Assembly (NCBI GenBank): GCA_030265395.1
Contig: JARFYF010000002.1
Coordinates: 41,134,302-41,198,301 of the forward strand
Direction of reading: 5' to 3'
Length of the DNA: 64,000 bases
Source of the DNA: Rhina ancylostomus
Taxonomy: Eukaryota
Shown here one piece after another: positions 12,856 to 25,396 of the stretch. Made by a program: the position numbers and the translations under genes. Position 1 is the stretch's first letter. Every line of letters starts with the position of its first letter. Under the pieces are notes generated by a model. That model was not told where the DNA came from. It saw only the letters and a program-made list of their open reading frames with translations, and did no database searches.

Positions 12856-13849
12856 AGAAGGCTGTTTGACCCATGTTGACTTATTGTAGAGAAATTTGGT
12901 CACTCCTATTCTTTCAAATTTTTCTTCCTAATTCCCTTTCAGAAGTCATAATGGACTCTAATTCCACTACCATAAAATGCAGAGAGTTCCAGATCACTTG
13001 TGTAAAAAACTCACATACTCCAACCCATCATATCTTCCGNNNNNNNNNNNNNNNNNNNNNNNNNNNNNNNNNNNNNNNNNNNNNNNNNNNNNNNNNNNNN
13101 NNNNNNNNNNNNNNNNNNNNNNNNNNNNNNNNNNNNNNNNNNNNNNNNNNNNNNNNNNNNNNNNNNNNNNNNNNNNNNNNNNNNNNNNNNNNNNNNNNNN
13201 NNNNNNNNNNNNNNNNNNNNNNNNNNNNNNNNNNNNNNNNNNNNNNNNNNNNNNNNNNNNNNNNNNNNNNNNNNNNNNNNNNNNNNNNNNNNNNNNNNNN
13301 NNNNNNNNNNNNNNNNNNNNNNNNNNNNNNNNNNNNNNNNNNNNNNNNNNNNNNNNNNNNNNNNNNNNNNNNNNNNNNNNNNNNNNNNNNNNNNNNNNNN
13401 NNNNNNNNNNNNNNNAGATCACTTGTGTAAAAAACTCACATACTCCCAACCATCATATCTTCAGTCCATCATTTTGAATCTGTGTCCCTTGTCGTCAAAG
13501 CATCACTGATGAGAACAGATTATTTCTATTTAACCTACTTAAATTCATCATGATCCTGTACTCTTCTGTCAGATTTCCTCTCAGTCTTCTTTGCCACAGT
13601 TTCTTCAATCTAAATTTGCAGCTGAACTTCCTTATCCCTGGAATTGAGGTATCAAATATGCTTTCTACACATTACACATGGATTTTCAGAAATATTCAGA
13701 TTGATAGTAAATCCATTTAGCTACATAAATGAGACAGCAAAATCAATCCATCTGTGCAGATCTTTGTAAATCCTAATGATCCCCAGTTCTGATGAAGGGG
13801 CATTGACCTTAACACTCTGTTTCCCTCTCCGCAGATGCTGCCTGATAGA

Positions 13850-14211
13850 TTCAGCCAGTTCCATTACAGGCACAACCCTCCCCTCCATCGAGCACATCTT
13901 CAAGAAGCAGTGCCTCAAGAAGGCAGCGTCCATCATTAAGGATCCTAACCATCCAGGACATGCCCTCTTCTTGTTACTACCATCAGGGAGGAGGTACAGT
14001 AGCCTGAAGACCCACACTTAATAATTCAGGAACAGCTTCTTCCCCATCACCATCAAATTTCTGAATGGTCCATGAACTCTACCTCGTTATTCCTCTTTTG
14101 CACTATTTATTATTGTTATGGTAATTTTTATGTCTGTATGTCTTGCATTGTACTGCTGCCACAACACAACAAATCTCACAAAATAGGTCAGTGATAATAA
14201 ACTTGATTCTG
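13850..14211 (+). mobile_element. Rex1/Babar-type LINE 3' end, preceded by a short hammerhead-repeat fragment (13783-13845)
   Basis: ASSITGTTLPSIEHIFKKQCLKKAASIIKDPNHPGHALFLLLPSGRRYSSLKTHT; tail AATAAACTTGATTCTGA. Confidence 0.8.
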
Positions 14212-14419
14212 AGCTTTAAAGAGTTCATTAAATCAATTTAATGCACTCACCAACTATTGCATGTTTTCAGCCAATTACTACCCATTGAAATTAAAATTAC
14301 TGTACTTCCAGAGAGAAACAGATGAAAGAAGGGAATTACTTATTTCCTTAGATATGGTTCTGTTCCAACATGCTTTTCTACACTCCTGCTTGAACTAGAA
14401 TAGATCATGTTATGAACAT

Positions 14420-14640
14420 GAAGGGTGGTGAATCTGTGGAATTCGTTGCCGTAGAGGGCTGTGGAGGCCAAGTCATTGGGTGTTTTTAAGGCAGAGATTG
14501 AAAGGTTCTTGATTGGTAATGGGGTTAAGGATTAGGGGGAGAAGGCAAATGAATGGGTTGAAAAAAAAATTAGCCATGATTGAACAGCAGAGCACACTTG
14601 ATGGGCTGAATGGCCTAATTCTGCTCCTATATCTCATGGT
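14420..14640 (+). mobile_element. CR1 LINE 3' end
   Basis: RVVNLWNSLP.RAVEA coding remnant plus the 3'UTR GATGGGCTGAATGGCCTAATTCTGCTCCTAT. Confidence 0.8.
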
Positions 14641-14689
14641 ATTATCTGGCCTGTTAGTATAGGCTGTACTAGGCCACAAGATTATAGAT

Positions 14690-15480
14690 AGAATTGAAAT
14701 TCAGTTATATTAACTTGATCATAGTACCACACAGCATGAAAGAGGGTGTTCTCGGTCTTAGAAGACTACTTATCTGTATAAGAATGTTGTGATGGTTGGT
14801 CCTCCCATGCTGCCAAAGAGGGGTAAATCTATAACAGGTCAATTGGTAAGAACAAATATAGATAGATTTATCTTTTTTGTTAGTTCATTCACTATCTACC
14901 ATAAACCTAATCTGATAGCTATGCCCTTTGTGATTTGGCCAACTATCAGTGGTGGTCCCACCAAGCTACTTCTGATCATGGATGTTGAAGTCCCCCACCC
15001 AGGGTGAGATCTATGCTCTGGCTATCTTTAGTGCCTCTTCCAACAGTTGTTCAGCATGGAGGAACACTGATTTAGCAGCAAGGCAAGAATGGGGTAGGTG
15101 GTAATGGGAGAAGACATATATACCCTTGCTCAGTTAAATATTATGGCACTTCATGGAGACAGAGGTCAATGTTGAGGACTCCGGGCTACTCCGTCTCACC
15201 TGTGAGCCACAATGCACTGCCACTCCTCCCCTTCCTATTGATTTGTCTGTCCTTTCAGTTGGACAGGACGTATCCAAGGATTGTGACAGCACAGCCAGGA
15301 ACATTACCTGCAAGGTGCAATTCTGAGAGTACAACTAAGTATTGTCTAGTGTAGTCAGCTCTCACATTGTGATACCTGTTCCAATATTCATGAGGACTTT
15401 GCGAGGTTGACTCATTTGGGAGCTGAATATAGATTAACATTTTAGATACAATTGTCAGGCCTGGTAGGCCTTTCATCTAT
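14690..15480 (-). mobile_element. LINE AP-endonuclease domain remnant (CR1-group)
   Basis: Broken frames give TILGYVLSN, RGGVAV, GVLNID and WGDFNIHDQK-like motifs typical of LINE APE domains. Confidence 0.55.
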
Positions 15481-16209
15481 GTTGCTGTGAGTTGGGAGTC
15501 ACATTTCTGACCAACCAGTTATGGATAACACATTTTCTTCCATCAGTAAACCAAATGTTTTTCCCCCAACAATCTGTTGATTAAGTTTCAGATTATTTAA
15601 TTAACTGAAATTAAATTCCACATCTGCCATGGTAGGATTGAAACATTGTTAAGATTCAAGATTTCTTTGTCATTGTACTGTTGCAGGACAACAACACAAT
15701 GAAATTATGATGGCACTCCCTTGCCTAACAAAAACCAGAACAGCAAATTGATAAAAGCAATTATGACTATAAAATAAAACAAACATACTTACACAAATAT
15801 AAGGTACATAAAAAGGTAGTGTGCAAATGAACCATAATAATGATAGTAATAATCAGCAGCATATCAATATAGCAGCACAAATCATTAAATAACACCATAG
15901 TGAGTCCAGCCAGTGAAGGGAGGAAGACATGGTATATATGAGAGCGTGTATGTATGGGGGGTGTTAATCCATGTTCAACAACTTAACAGCTTTGGGAAAA
16001 AACTGTTTCAGTCTTGTGGTGTGTGAATTAGTAATCTGAATTAGTGCAGTACCAATCCAGTAATTTAACCACTAAACCATTTTTCACATTTGGGCAGAGG
16101 ACAAAGATGTGGCTTTCGAAATGTGGCTAAAAAGGGAGCTTGAGAAGTGGAAGTGCTTAAGTTCATTGTATCACCCATGGCTAAGACAGTGGCAGCCATC
16201 TTCAGTGAA

Positions 16210-16560
16210 AAGTTGGATACAGGTCCCACCCCAGAGACTTGAACACAAGAGTCTAGGTTCATGTTCCAATACATTAATGTGGAAGTGCTGCACTGTTGGA
16301 GATATCATCTTTCAGATTAAATGTTAAACCAAGGCACTATTTCAAAGACAAGCAGGGGTATTCTTCCTGACGTTCTTTCTGGGCCAATATTTCTCTTAAT
16401 AAATATCACTGAAGTAGATCATTTGGTCATAATTACTTTGCAATATGTGGGGAACTGATGGGAAAAACACATTTAGCCACAATAAAATGACAACTACACT
16501 TCAAAAGAACTTTAATAATTAAATAATGCTTTAAGATGTTGTGAAAGATGCAATAGTGTG
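16210..16560 (+). mobile_element. DeuSINE/SacSINE1-like SINE, old copy
   Basis: GTGCTGCACTGTTGGAG..CTTTCAGAT..ATGTTAAACC..GGCACTATTTCAAAGA..GGCCAATATTT..ACTACACTTCAAAAG; related copies lie near 20340-20640, 30370-30700, 44050-44260 and 60680-60850. Confidence 0.55.
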
Positions 16561-16564
16561 TTGG

Positions 16565-16870
16565 GCAACAGTGGCATGACTGGTAATGCAGCTGTCTCAC
16601 TGTTCCAGTGACCTAGATTCATTTCCTACCTTGAGTGCTGTCTGTGGGGAGTTTGTTCGTTCTTCCCATGACAGCATGAATTTCCCCTGGGTTTTTCCCT
16701 CAATCCCATGGAGGTAAATTGTCCCTGGTGTGAATGGGTGGTAGGGGAATTATTGGGTTGGAAGGGATTGCCAGTGGACATGTGTGAAAGAGAATAGGCC
16801 ACAAGGAAATAACAGGATTAGGATCAATGATCTTTGAGAGCCATTGATAAGCCAAATAGCCTCCTTCTAT
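16565..16870 (+). mobile_element. V-SINE, degenerate
   Basis: tRNA-like head followed by GCTGTCTGTGGGGAGTTTGTTCGTTCTTCCCATGAC. Confidence 0.5.
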
Positions 16871-17044
16871 AGGAAACTATGAGAAAGTCTTTGTTCTTTC
16901 AGTGTAGGAATTTCAGAATTTAGGGCTTTGGCAGCCAAAGGCAAACAGCCAGTACTGGAAATGTTTGAGAGGCCAGAACTGAAGGTTTCTCAGATATCTC
17001 AGTTACATAGCTGTATGAGATTACAGAGTGCTAGAAGAGGCATT

Positions 17045-17541
17045 GAGTCACAGAGTGATATAGAACAGAAACTGGCCCTTCAAACCAACATCCATGTTGA
17101 CATCAAACACCCATTTATGCTTATCTACATTAATCCAGTTTATTATCCTCATTCTGCCATCAAATCTCCTCAGATTCTACGACTCACCTCCACACAAAAG
17201 GACATTTAAGAGTGGCCAAAAAACCTACAACCTGCAGGTCTTTGGGAGGTAGAAGGAAACTGGAGCACCCAGAGGAAAACCACAAGGAATAAGGTATCTT
17301 TATTAGTCACATGTACATCGCAATAGAGTGGAATGCATCTTTTGCAAGTATTGTCACACTTCCAGCACCAAAATAGCATGCCCACAACTTCCTAGCCTGT
17401 ACATCTTTGGAATGTGGGAGCAAACTGAAGCACCCGGAGGAAACCCACACAGACATGGGGAGAATGTATGAACTCCTTACAGACAGTGGCCAGAATTGAA
17501 CCCTGGTCACTGGCACTGTAAAGCATTATGCTAACCACTAC
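17045..17541 (-). mobile_element. Two adjacent V-SINE (HE1-like) copies (about 17045-17285 and 17295-17541)
   Basis: 17295-17541 is the reverse complement of the family at 63826-64000 (GGGTTTCCTCCGGGTGCTTCAGTTTGCTCCCACATTCCAAAGA). Confidence 0.75.
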
Positions 17542-20500
17542 AATGGTGAACAGATTTCATAACATGAATGAAAATAAATGTGTGCCATTGATTAACCACA
17601 AGGCAGCATCATATAAAAAGACCACACCATGGATTGTCACACCATTCAAATACCAATTTTCCAAATTCTAGGCAAAAATAAACATTGTTCATTTTTAAAA
17701 TTCTGTGCACTAGAAACTGAAAATGTAAATATTAATTTTTCCTGTCCTACAACCAACTCTATACATCATCCCTGGATATTTCAGTCCATGTGCCCTCTAA
17801 TAGCCTTCCCTTCAACTGCTTTTGTACTTTACCTGCCTATGACACCAGTCTGAATTTGGAACTCCATCTTACTGTCATCAACTTTATTCCAACAATCAAC
17901 TTTAATGCTAGTCTCCTTCCTACGATCTTTATTTTCTGTCCACATCCAGGCTAGATGAGTCCAAACAATTTATAAATAGGCCAGTGTAAACTTGTTTTCT
18001 TTGTATCCTTTCACATGTTCAATTTTCCTTCAGACCCAAACAAATCACTATTTTTTCCTATTTTCTTTACCCTCCTTGACTTATCATATTTATCCTCTTT
18101 TCACCTCTCAAGAACTCCACCCTCTCAAATCCCTGTCCCAACCTTTCCACACTGTTTCACAGTCCTAAAGGTTCTAGATTCCCTCTTAGTTCTTGCTATA
18201 GAGGTAAGCAACAACCTGCATTGGGAACTGCCAGATTGGGTTTTCCCCCACTGCCCAACTGTGTACACAGAGGGGATTCCCACACCAACTAGCACAGTAA
18301 CTGCAAAGGCCTGGCAAACAAGACTCTGGTGAAGCCAAGTGGATCAGGCAGATGGGGATTTTTTTTTATTCCAAGCAAAGGCTGTAGCTAGTTAGAGATC
18401 TCCAATCATCTTGGATTTTTGCTGTCACTGGGCTCCAGAACTACTGCTTGTTAGGATGGTGTGGGTACAATAACTGTGCCAGCTCATTCACATTAAGAGT
18501 TCATGCATAGGCTGCAAAAACAGGATNNNNNNNNNNNNNNNNNTCCAAGCCATATGGGTGACAGACTAGCAGAGAGGGCAATAGGATCACAAATCTCTAA
18601 CCACAAATCTGCTTATGGGCAGGGACTGTAAGATGGTCATCAGGCATCTGGACTGAGGCAGAGATGTAATTCAGTGCTTGGCTCCAAAACTTTTAGCCCT
18701 TTTCAGGATTTGGTCAGGTCACCACTCATGGGAAAGGGCTGGAAAATTGCCCTAAATCTATACCTCCTCACCTACCCGACAAAATTACCATATCCAGTGG
18801 GAGCATTCTCTCTGATACATCAGGTCTCCACCCACCCCCTACACTAACCTATTTTTGGCCTCCCATACTGTTCCAACAAAGACCAATGAAAACTCAAGGA
18901 AAGGTGATCATCTCCCAAGTAGGAAAACTATGAGCCTTTCAGACTTAACATTGATTTCAACTATTTCAGATAATCAGCCATTCCAGTCTCATTTCCAGCA
19001 TTCTTCTTTCTCTCCCAGTATTTTAGATTCTCACTACTTTTCTATTGACATCTTTCCCACACATTGTTATTCTATTCCCTTTCAGCCAGCACCATCACAA
19101 TCATTTATGTGCATCAGTCACAGCTGCTCTCCACCCCATCACAGGCTTTGTTCTCTCTACCTCAAACTGTATACAAATAAAAGCAAATTCATTAAAACAT
19201 GTGCTTTGTAACTCTTTGTTCCCTTGTCTAAGTTGCAAAGACAACAGAACAAGAAATTACAAAACACTTCAGAACACATTCCCCAAGCTGTGGGGTAGAG
19301 AGTCATTACCTCAGAATTCATTGTAAGGATCCACACTTATTTGTTGGAATGGTTTTATTTACTTGCGCTCAGCTGGGACCTGTTATCATAATAGGCTGCT
19401 GAGAATCTATTAATGCATTAGGGGATTGAGGCAGGGATGGTGTAGGTGGCAGATTAGACTGGCAACTACAATGACAGGAGCCAAGATCTGCTGCCTGTCA
19501 GTTGCAAGTACGCCTGCAAAAATCCTGCCTCATTGCTGCTTAACAGTCGGGAAAAAACTACAAAATGCAAGGAAACATTCTGCCCTCCAATGTTTAGAAG
19601 AGAACTGTGCGCTGTTTTGGACGTTATCTGGAAGTGAATCTCCTCCCTCTGCACCCCCCATGCAACTATGTCCTACCCTCTATGCACCTTATCCGGAGAG
19701 CTATACCTGACAGTCCCACCCTTTTTCTTTAAGGGAATGTTTGCCCACCACAACCATCTCTACATTCTTGTTCATACCCCCCCCCAAGTAAACTGGGGAA
19801 TAACACCAAAAGGTATAAAGACCATAATATCCAGTTCGGATCCCAGGAGGTTGGTGTNNNNNNNNNNNNNNNNNNNNNNNNNNNNNNNNNNNNNNNNNNN
19901 NNNNNNNNNNNNNNNNNNNNNNNNNNNNNNNNNNNNNNNNNNNNNNNNNNNNNNNNNTCCCAGGAGGTTGGTGTTGTGTTTGGCAGGTTGTAGATTGTGC
20001 ATTGTACAAGACAACTGCCAGTTTCAGATTTAATGTAGCAGTCACCTTCTCATTCCAGTGGCAGAGATACAACTGTGATTGAGGTTACAATGTTAATTAC
20101 ATCAACCAAATGATTTTGTGGGATATCAAAAGTTGTAGTGTTAGCTGAACTAAGGTTGCCCAAAACTGAGCCAGTAGCAAGGTTCATACAAGAGCACTGG
20201 GTATGGTTTAGCTGCAGTATGCATGTGCATGAAGATGAAGTTCAAATATCAGTTCTTACTCCCACAAAAATATTTGTAACTTACCATTGGCCATTTTGAT
20301 TATGATCTGTGGAAAAGAGTACACCAAGTTTTTAATGTTAATCCAAAACTGTCAGCCCTTCAAAGATTAGGGAATACCCCTGGTATCTCAGCCAACATAT
20401 TCCTAAAACATTGCTACAATAGCTTTGAAACAACATTGAAAGGATCTGATAAAAAAGACTAAGTTAACTGTCTCCATAGATGCTGCTTGACCAGCATTTT

Positions 20501-23344
20501 ATTTCACTAAATAACTGCTCATTATCATATAGGATGTTTGAAGAAGCTTATGCTCAAATTGGTTGCTGTGCTTCCTACACATCAACAGTACTTGTGGCCA
20601 TAGTGCCTTTTGACATGTCTAAAGATTTAAACTTCTTTTGCTAACTCTTGTTTATATGCTTTGCCTACCATTTGAAATACAGCAATAACAGCCACTGAAT
20701 AGTTGGCTCTTTTCAGACTGCATTATCAAACCCATAGTAGTTAATACCCCATTAAGTTTCCTCAAAATTGAAAAATCATTAAGTCCTCATGAGGAGCTAT
20801 GAACTTAAAAGATTCAATACAATCCAAAATTTTGACCCAATCTGAATACAGACTTCCAGAAACAATACTCCCTCTACTATCTTTCAAGAATTTAATATCC
20901 TCTATTCGCTAATACACCATACATGTTAATATTGTTTTATATTCAGAGGTCCCAAGGAATCCACCTGAAGACACAGTTGGCAGTAGATATCAGATGGATT
21001 TGAATTCAGGCCCCAAGAAAATTCACAATTAAATTCAAATGAAACATTAATAATGCATTTAATAGCCTCTTGCCAACAAACTTCATAAAATTTATATAGC
21101 CTTGGAGCTACATTTTAAAAAGGTGCTTGAAATCTTTCAAATGTTCCATCACAACCACCAATTCTGTTCATTTAACTGTTCCATCATTGAACTTGAATAG
21201 TTGCTTGATGCTGTGATATTTTGAATATTATTTTTGCAAGCCAAAAATAATTAGCTGTGCAGCATTTCATGTGTTTTTTTTAAAAAAAGGTTAAGACTTG
21301 CCTTCAGAATCAAGTTGCAAAACTTGTTGCTATCCAACAGAATGTGATATGGAAAAATGTAAATCACATTCAGTTTCAATAAACAGGAACAGGCTCCAGC
21401 AACAATTGCAGGAAATTAACTTCTGAATTTGTAATGAATCAAGACTTATGAAGTTGAATTGATAACCCAAATAGCACAGCTCAGGATTAAATTAAGACAA
21501 TGTTCTGCATTTATCCAAAAGGAAGTGAAAGCTATTGTCAAAGGAAATTGGGGTTTGTAATCAAATAATAAATGTTGTCAGCACATTTTAGCTAGTAATT
21601 ACAAAGATGGACACAACTATAAATTAGTGAGGGTATATTACTCAAGGAACTGATCCTGTCTTTCAGTGACTTTATAGATTGTTGGATAAGCCAACAATTT
21701 GAATTGTGTGCAAACAAGTTAGAATTACACATTTCAAGCACAAGTAAAACAAGCAAACCACAAAACAGCAGAGAGGATTAAATCCACAAACATTGACATT
21801 CACCTGAAATGATCACTCTCATTCTGGGATTTAGCTTTTAAATTGTAATGCAGATGGCAAAACCACCCCAACCACCAATTAACACTGAAAATACTTTTCA
21901 TTTGGGGCTGACCTACTTCAGTTGGAAATTTCCCAAAGAACAGCTTCCCAAAGAAAATAATTCATTTTGAATCCCAGTTACCCAAGAACTATTTTCAAAG
22001 TGGGAGGTGATAAAGAGCAAAAAATATCTCAGTTCCACTGCAACAGGACAAGCCTCTCTGCAATTGCTCCAAGTTCTAAATGTTTACATGGTTATATATG
22101 GGTAACTACAAAGTTAGATACCTCCCAGCAGGGAAGAGGAATTTTGGGGGGGGGGGGGGGGGGGGGGGAGGNNNNNNNNNNNNNNNNNNNNNNNNNNNNN
22201 NNNNNNNNNNNNNNNNNNNNNNNNNNNNNNNNNNNNNNNNNNNNNNNNNNNNNNNNNNNNNNNNNNNNNNNAAAGAAACCTGCCTCAGTTCATGAAACCA
22301 CATCCAAACACTCCCCTCCTTTCTTCCTCCCATAAAACAAGGGTCAAAAGTGGTTTAGAAATTTCAGTGTACATGACAGTTTGCAACAATAAAGTCTGAC
22401 AAAAAACCTTAATGTCCATTTTTGGTTGTCAATTTTACCAATTTATGTCAATTAAAATAGACAACTATATGAAGGGGACAAGAAACAAAACATGGTACCA
22501 CCATTGTTACAGCTGCAGCAGTTGAAAGGCCCATTCATCCTCAATAAATACAAACTTAATGTGGTGTTCAATTCCAAAATGATAATTCAGTGATACCATT
22601 ATCTTGAAGTTTAATTTCTAATATTAAGCACATTAGCTAAATAAACTTTAAAGCCATCCACACTGGAATTTACAAATGGTCCACCCACACCCATTCTGTG
22701 TGATTCATAGATCAATCATAACTTACTCTGGAAAAGCACAAAGTCCCAGAATGAATTCCTATTTAGAATTTGCCTTGAATTTATTAAAATTTGGCACTTG
22801 TTCAGTGTTAAACTTCATAGAATTGCTTTACAAAGGATTTGTGTATTAAATTTCAAATAACTGTACAATTTTTACATGTCAAAAGAAACAACCACCACCA
22901 TTCACCTGATAAATGAAAACCTTGTTGCTGGACGGCAAGGTAAATATTCAACACAATGGAATTGAATTTTAGCCACTGATTAGATCTTTCAGATACTTAC
23001 TGGCTTCCTGACAATGTTTGGATCAGACTTCCAGCATGCTAGGAAACTTAAATACACAAGCAGCAAGAATTAAGGAATTATAAGTAACTCTTTTGGGTGC
23101 ACAGTGCATCAAAATAAGGTGGACAGAAAAACTGTAGAATGTGTATAATGGTGATTTATAGAATTCAAGCAAATGAAGCAAACACTTAACCATCCCACAT
23201 CTGATTCATCTTTTCTACCTTCTGTTAGCACCTTCCTCCTCAGCACGTCAGCTGTGACACAGCAGACTGATGAACCAGCCTACAATTTAAGTATGGCCAT
23301 GAACCACAGCCTCCACACTGCAAAATGAACAGAACTTAAAAACA

Positions 23345-24445
23345 ACACCAAAGTTGAAACTTTATTCACATTTATTTTTGCTTTTAGTGTGCTCACGGAA
23401 AATTAGAACACCTTAAGCAGAGAAGTTTAATAGCAATTTTGTAAGCAAAGTTACATTCCATTTCTAAGTCAAATTGGTCAAAGCTTCTCCAGTATTTACA
23501 AAAAACCATGATAGACAAGATGCTACACAAAACGCATTGCATCTGAAGAGTTTTCCCAATTGTCAAAGACGACTGAAAAAAAAGCATTGACTGCTGTAAC
23601 CAAACATACAACAGTATATAAACAGCAACCATTCCACTTATCACAGCTTTTCATTTAAAATTGTTTTTAAAAGATCTTCCAAGATGACTGCAATTTTACA
23701 AAATGGGCAGGGTGAAGAGTTGCAAACTTCATGTGCTTCTTGATATTAAGTTTTCATTTATACATAATCACAGTTAAAAACACCCTGCTGTAATACATAA
23801 TTACACTTTTAAGGTCATGAACCAGCAATAAACAATAACGCCTATACAACTTTTTCTTCTTCTACTTATCACGTTGACTTGTACAGCTAAAAATGAGATA
23901 AGTGAAAAGTTTCTATGATTTAAATGTATTACTAAAACTATTGATTTTGATACGGATTTCCTTGTTTTCTTGTATTAGATTTAGTGTTGTAAACTGTATG
24001 GTATAACTTTTGTAAGATGTGATTTTTGTTTAAAAGACTAATCCTTTACATCATTAGTTTGTGGCACATTTGCTTGGCAACTACACCGCTGCATCGTGGT
24101 TTTAATATTACTTCATTTACATTTCACCCAGGATTTACCCACCCAGATTATCCACACCATTGGACGTGTCCATATATTGACCAAAAAAATTAAACTTGTA
24201 TAAAATGCAAAATATGCAAAAACAGTAATACTGATGCAAAAAAAAAATTGACAGAGCGAGGTTTGGGGCTCATCTCTGCCTGTTGGAATGGTGGTAACAG
24301 AATGAATGCGCTGGGATTTTTAAAAATTAAAACAAAAGCCTTTAAAATCCCTGGTCAGACAGTTCTCCAAACCAGTACCTGGCACCACTCCAACAAACAA
24401 ACATGGAAAAAAGGTCCATTTGATTATCACTCCAGTTTTGGGCTC
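23345..24445 (-). other. MARCKS: MARCKS 3'UTR
   Basis: Lies between the stop codon and the poly(A) signals; free of repeats; contains blocks I recall from the mammalian MARCKS 3'UTR (not aligned computationally). Confidence 0.8.
23361..23376 (-). terminator. MARCKS polyadenylation signals (two AATAAA hexamers)
   Basis: The minus strand reads AATAAATGTGAATAAA, followed by the GT-rich TTTGGTGTTGTTTTT. Confidence 0.8.
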
Positions 24446-25396
24446 TTATTGGTTTTGCTCTGCCGACTCGGTAGCTGGTGCTGGACTGGACTCGGATGGT
24501 GCCTCCTGTGGCACAGCTGGCTCTGGTGCTGCTGGCTCTGGGGCTGCTACTGCTGCTGGTGGTGCCGCCGCCGCTGCTTCTTGCTCGCCTGTAGATGCTT
24601 CAGCAGTGGGGGCTGGGTTAGACGAGGCTGCCTCTGCCGTAGGTTTCTCTTCGCTGGCCTTGGGCTCCTCCGGAGCTTTGACTTCCTGTAGGTCCACCCT
24701 TTCGGGAGCCTTCTCCTCGGGTTGAGCCTCTGGCGAGGCAGCGCTCTCCTCTTTCTTGGCTTCGGCCGGCGCTGCGGGAGTGGAGGAGGCGGCCACGGCA
24801 GCAGCGGCATCAGCAGCCGGGGCGGGCTTGCTCTCCTCGGCGTTGCCGGCTTCTGCGGCCGCACCTTGCTCTTTGTCGGCTTCGGCCGGGGCTGCGGGGG
24901 CGGCGGCTGTGGCAGCAGCAGCCGCCGCCTCACCTTCGCCGCTCTCGCCGGCTTCCTTCTTGGCTTTCTTAAACGAAAAGCCGCTCAGCTTGAAGGACTT
25001 CTTGAACGAGAAGCGCTTCTTCTTCTTCTTCGGGGTTTCGCTGTTGGTCGGGCTGGCGGCGGTCGCCGCCGCCCCTTCCTCGGCTTTGCCCGGCGCCTCG
25101 CCCTCTGNNNNNNNNNNNNNNNNNNNNNNGCCGCCCTCGGCCGCCGCCGCCCCCTCCCCGCTCATCTCCTGGGGCTTGGCGGCCGGGGTGCTGCCGCGGC
25201 CGCCGCCAGCCGCCTCTCCAGCCGCCGCCGCCTCTGCCCCCTCCTCCTGCGGCTGCTGCTGGCCCTTGTTCTCCTCGGCCGGAGTGGCTCCATTGGCCTG
25301 CACCTCCTCCTTCTCGATGGGCTCCTCGGAGGCGGAGGAGGCAGCGGCGGTGGCCGCCGGGGAGGCGTCTCCGTTCACCTTCACATGGCCGTTCTC
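24446..25396 (-). CDS. MARCKS: MARCKS coding exon 2 (rest of MH2 domain, effector domain at 24956-25030, acidic Ala/Glu/Pro-rich tail)
   Basis: Polypyrimidine tract and CAG acceptor (25397-25399), then ENGHVKVNGDASP...KKKKKRFSFKKSFKLSGFSFKKAKK...EQNQ and a TAA stop at 24446-24448. A 22-N gap (25108-25129) keeps the frame. Confidence 0.97.
   Translation of the reverse strand, partial: ENGHVKVNGDASPAATAAASSASEEPIEKEEVQANGATPAEENKGQQQPQEEGAEAAAAGEAAGGGRGSTPAAKPQEMSGEGAAAAEGGXXXXXXXXEGEAPGKAEEGAAATAASPTNSETPKKKKKRFSFKKSFKLSGFSFKKAKKEAGESGEGEAAAAAATAAAPAAPAEADKEQGAAAEAGNAEESKPAPAADAAAAVAASSTPAAPAEAKKEESAASPEAQPEEKAPERVDLQEVKAPEEPKASEEKPTAEAASSNPAPTAEASTGEQEAAAAAPPAAVAAPEPAAPEPAVPQEAPSESSPAPATESAEQNQ

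Noticed and set aside
24315-24445. Open frame of about 40 codons after the MARCKS stop (possible readthrough)
   Set aside because: TAA-G is not a leaky stop context, and this length is compatible with chance.
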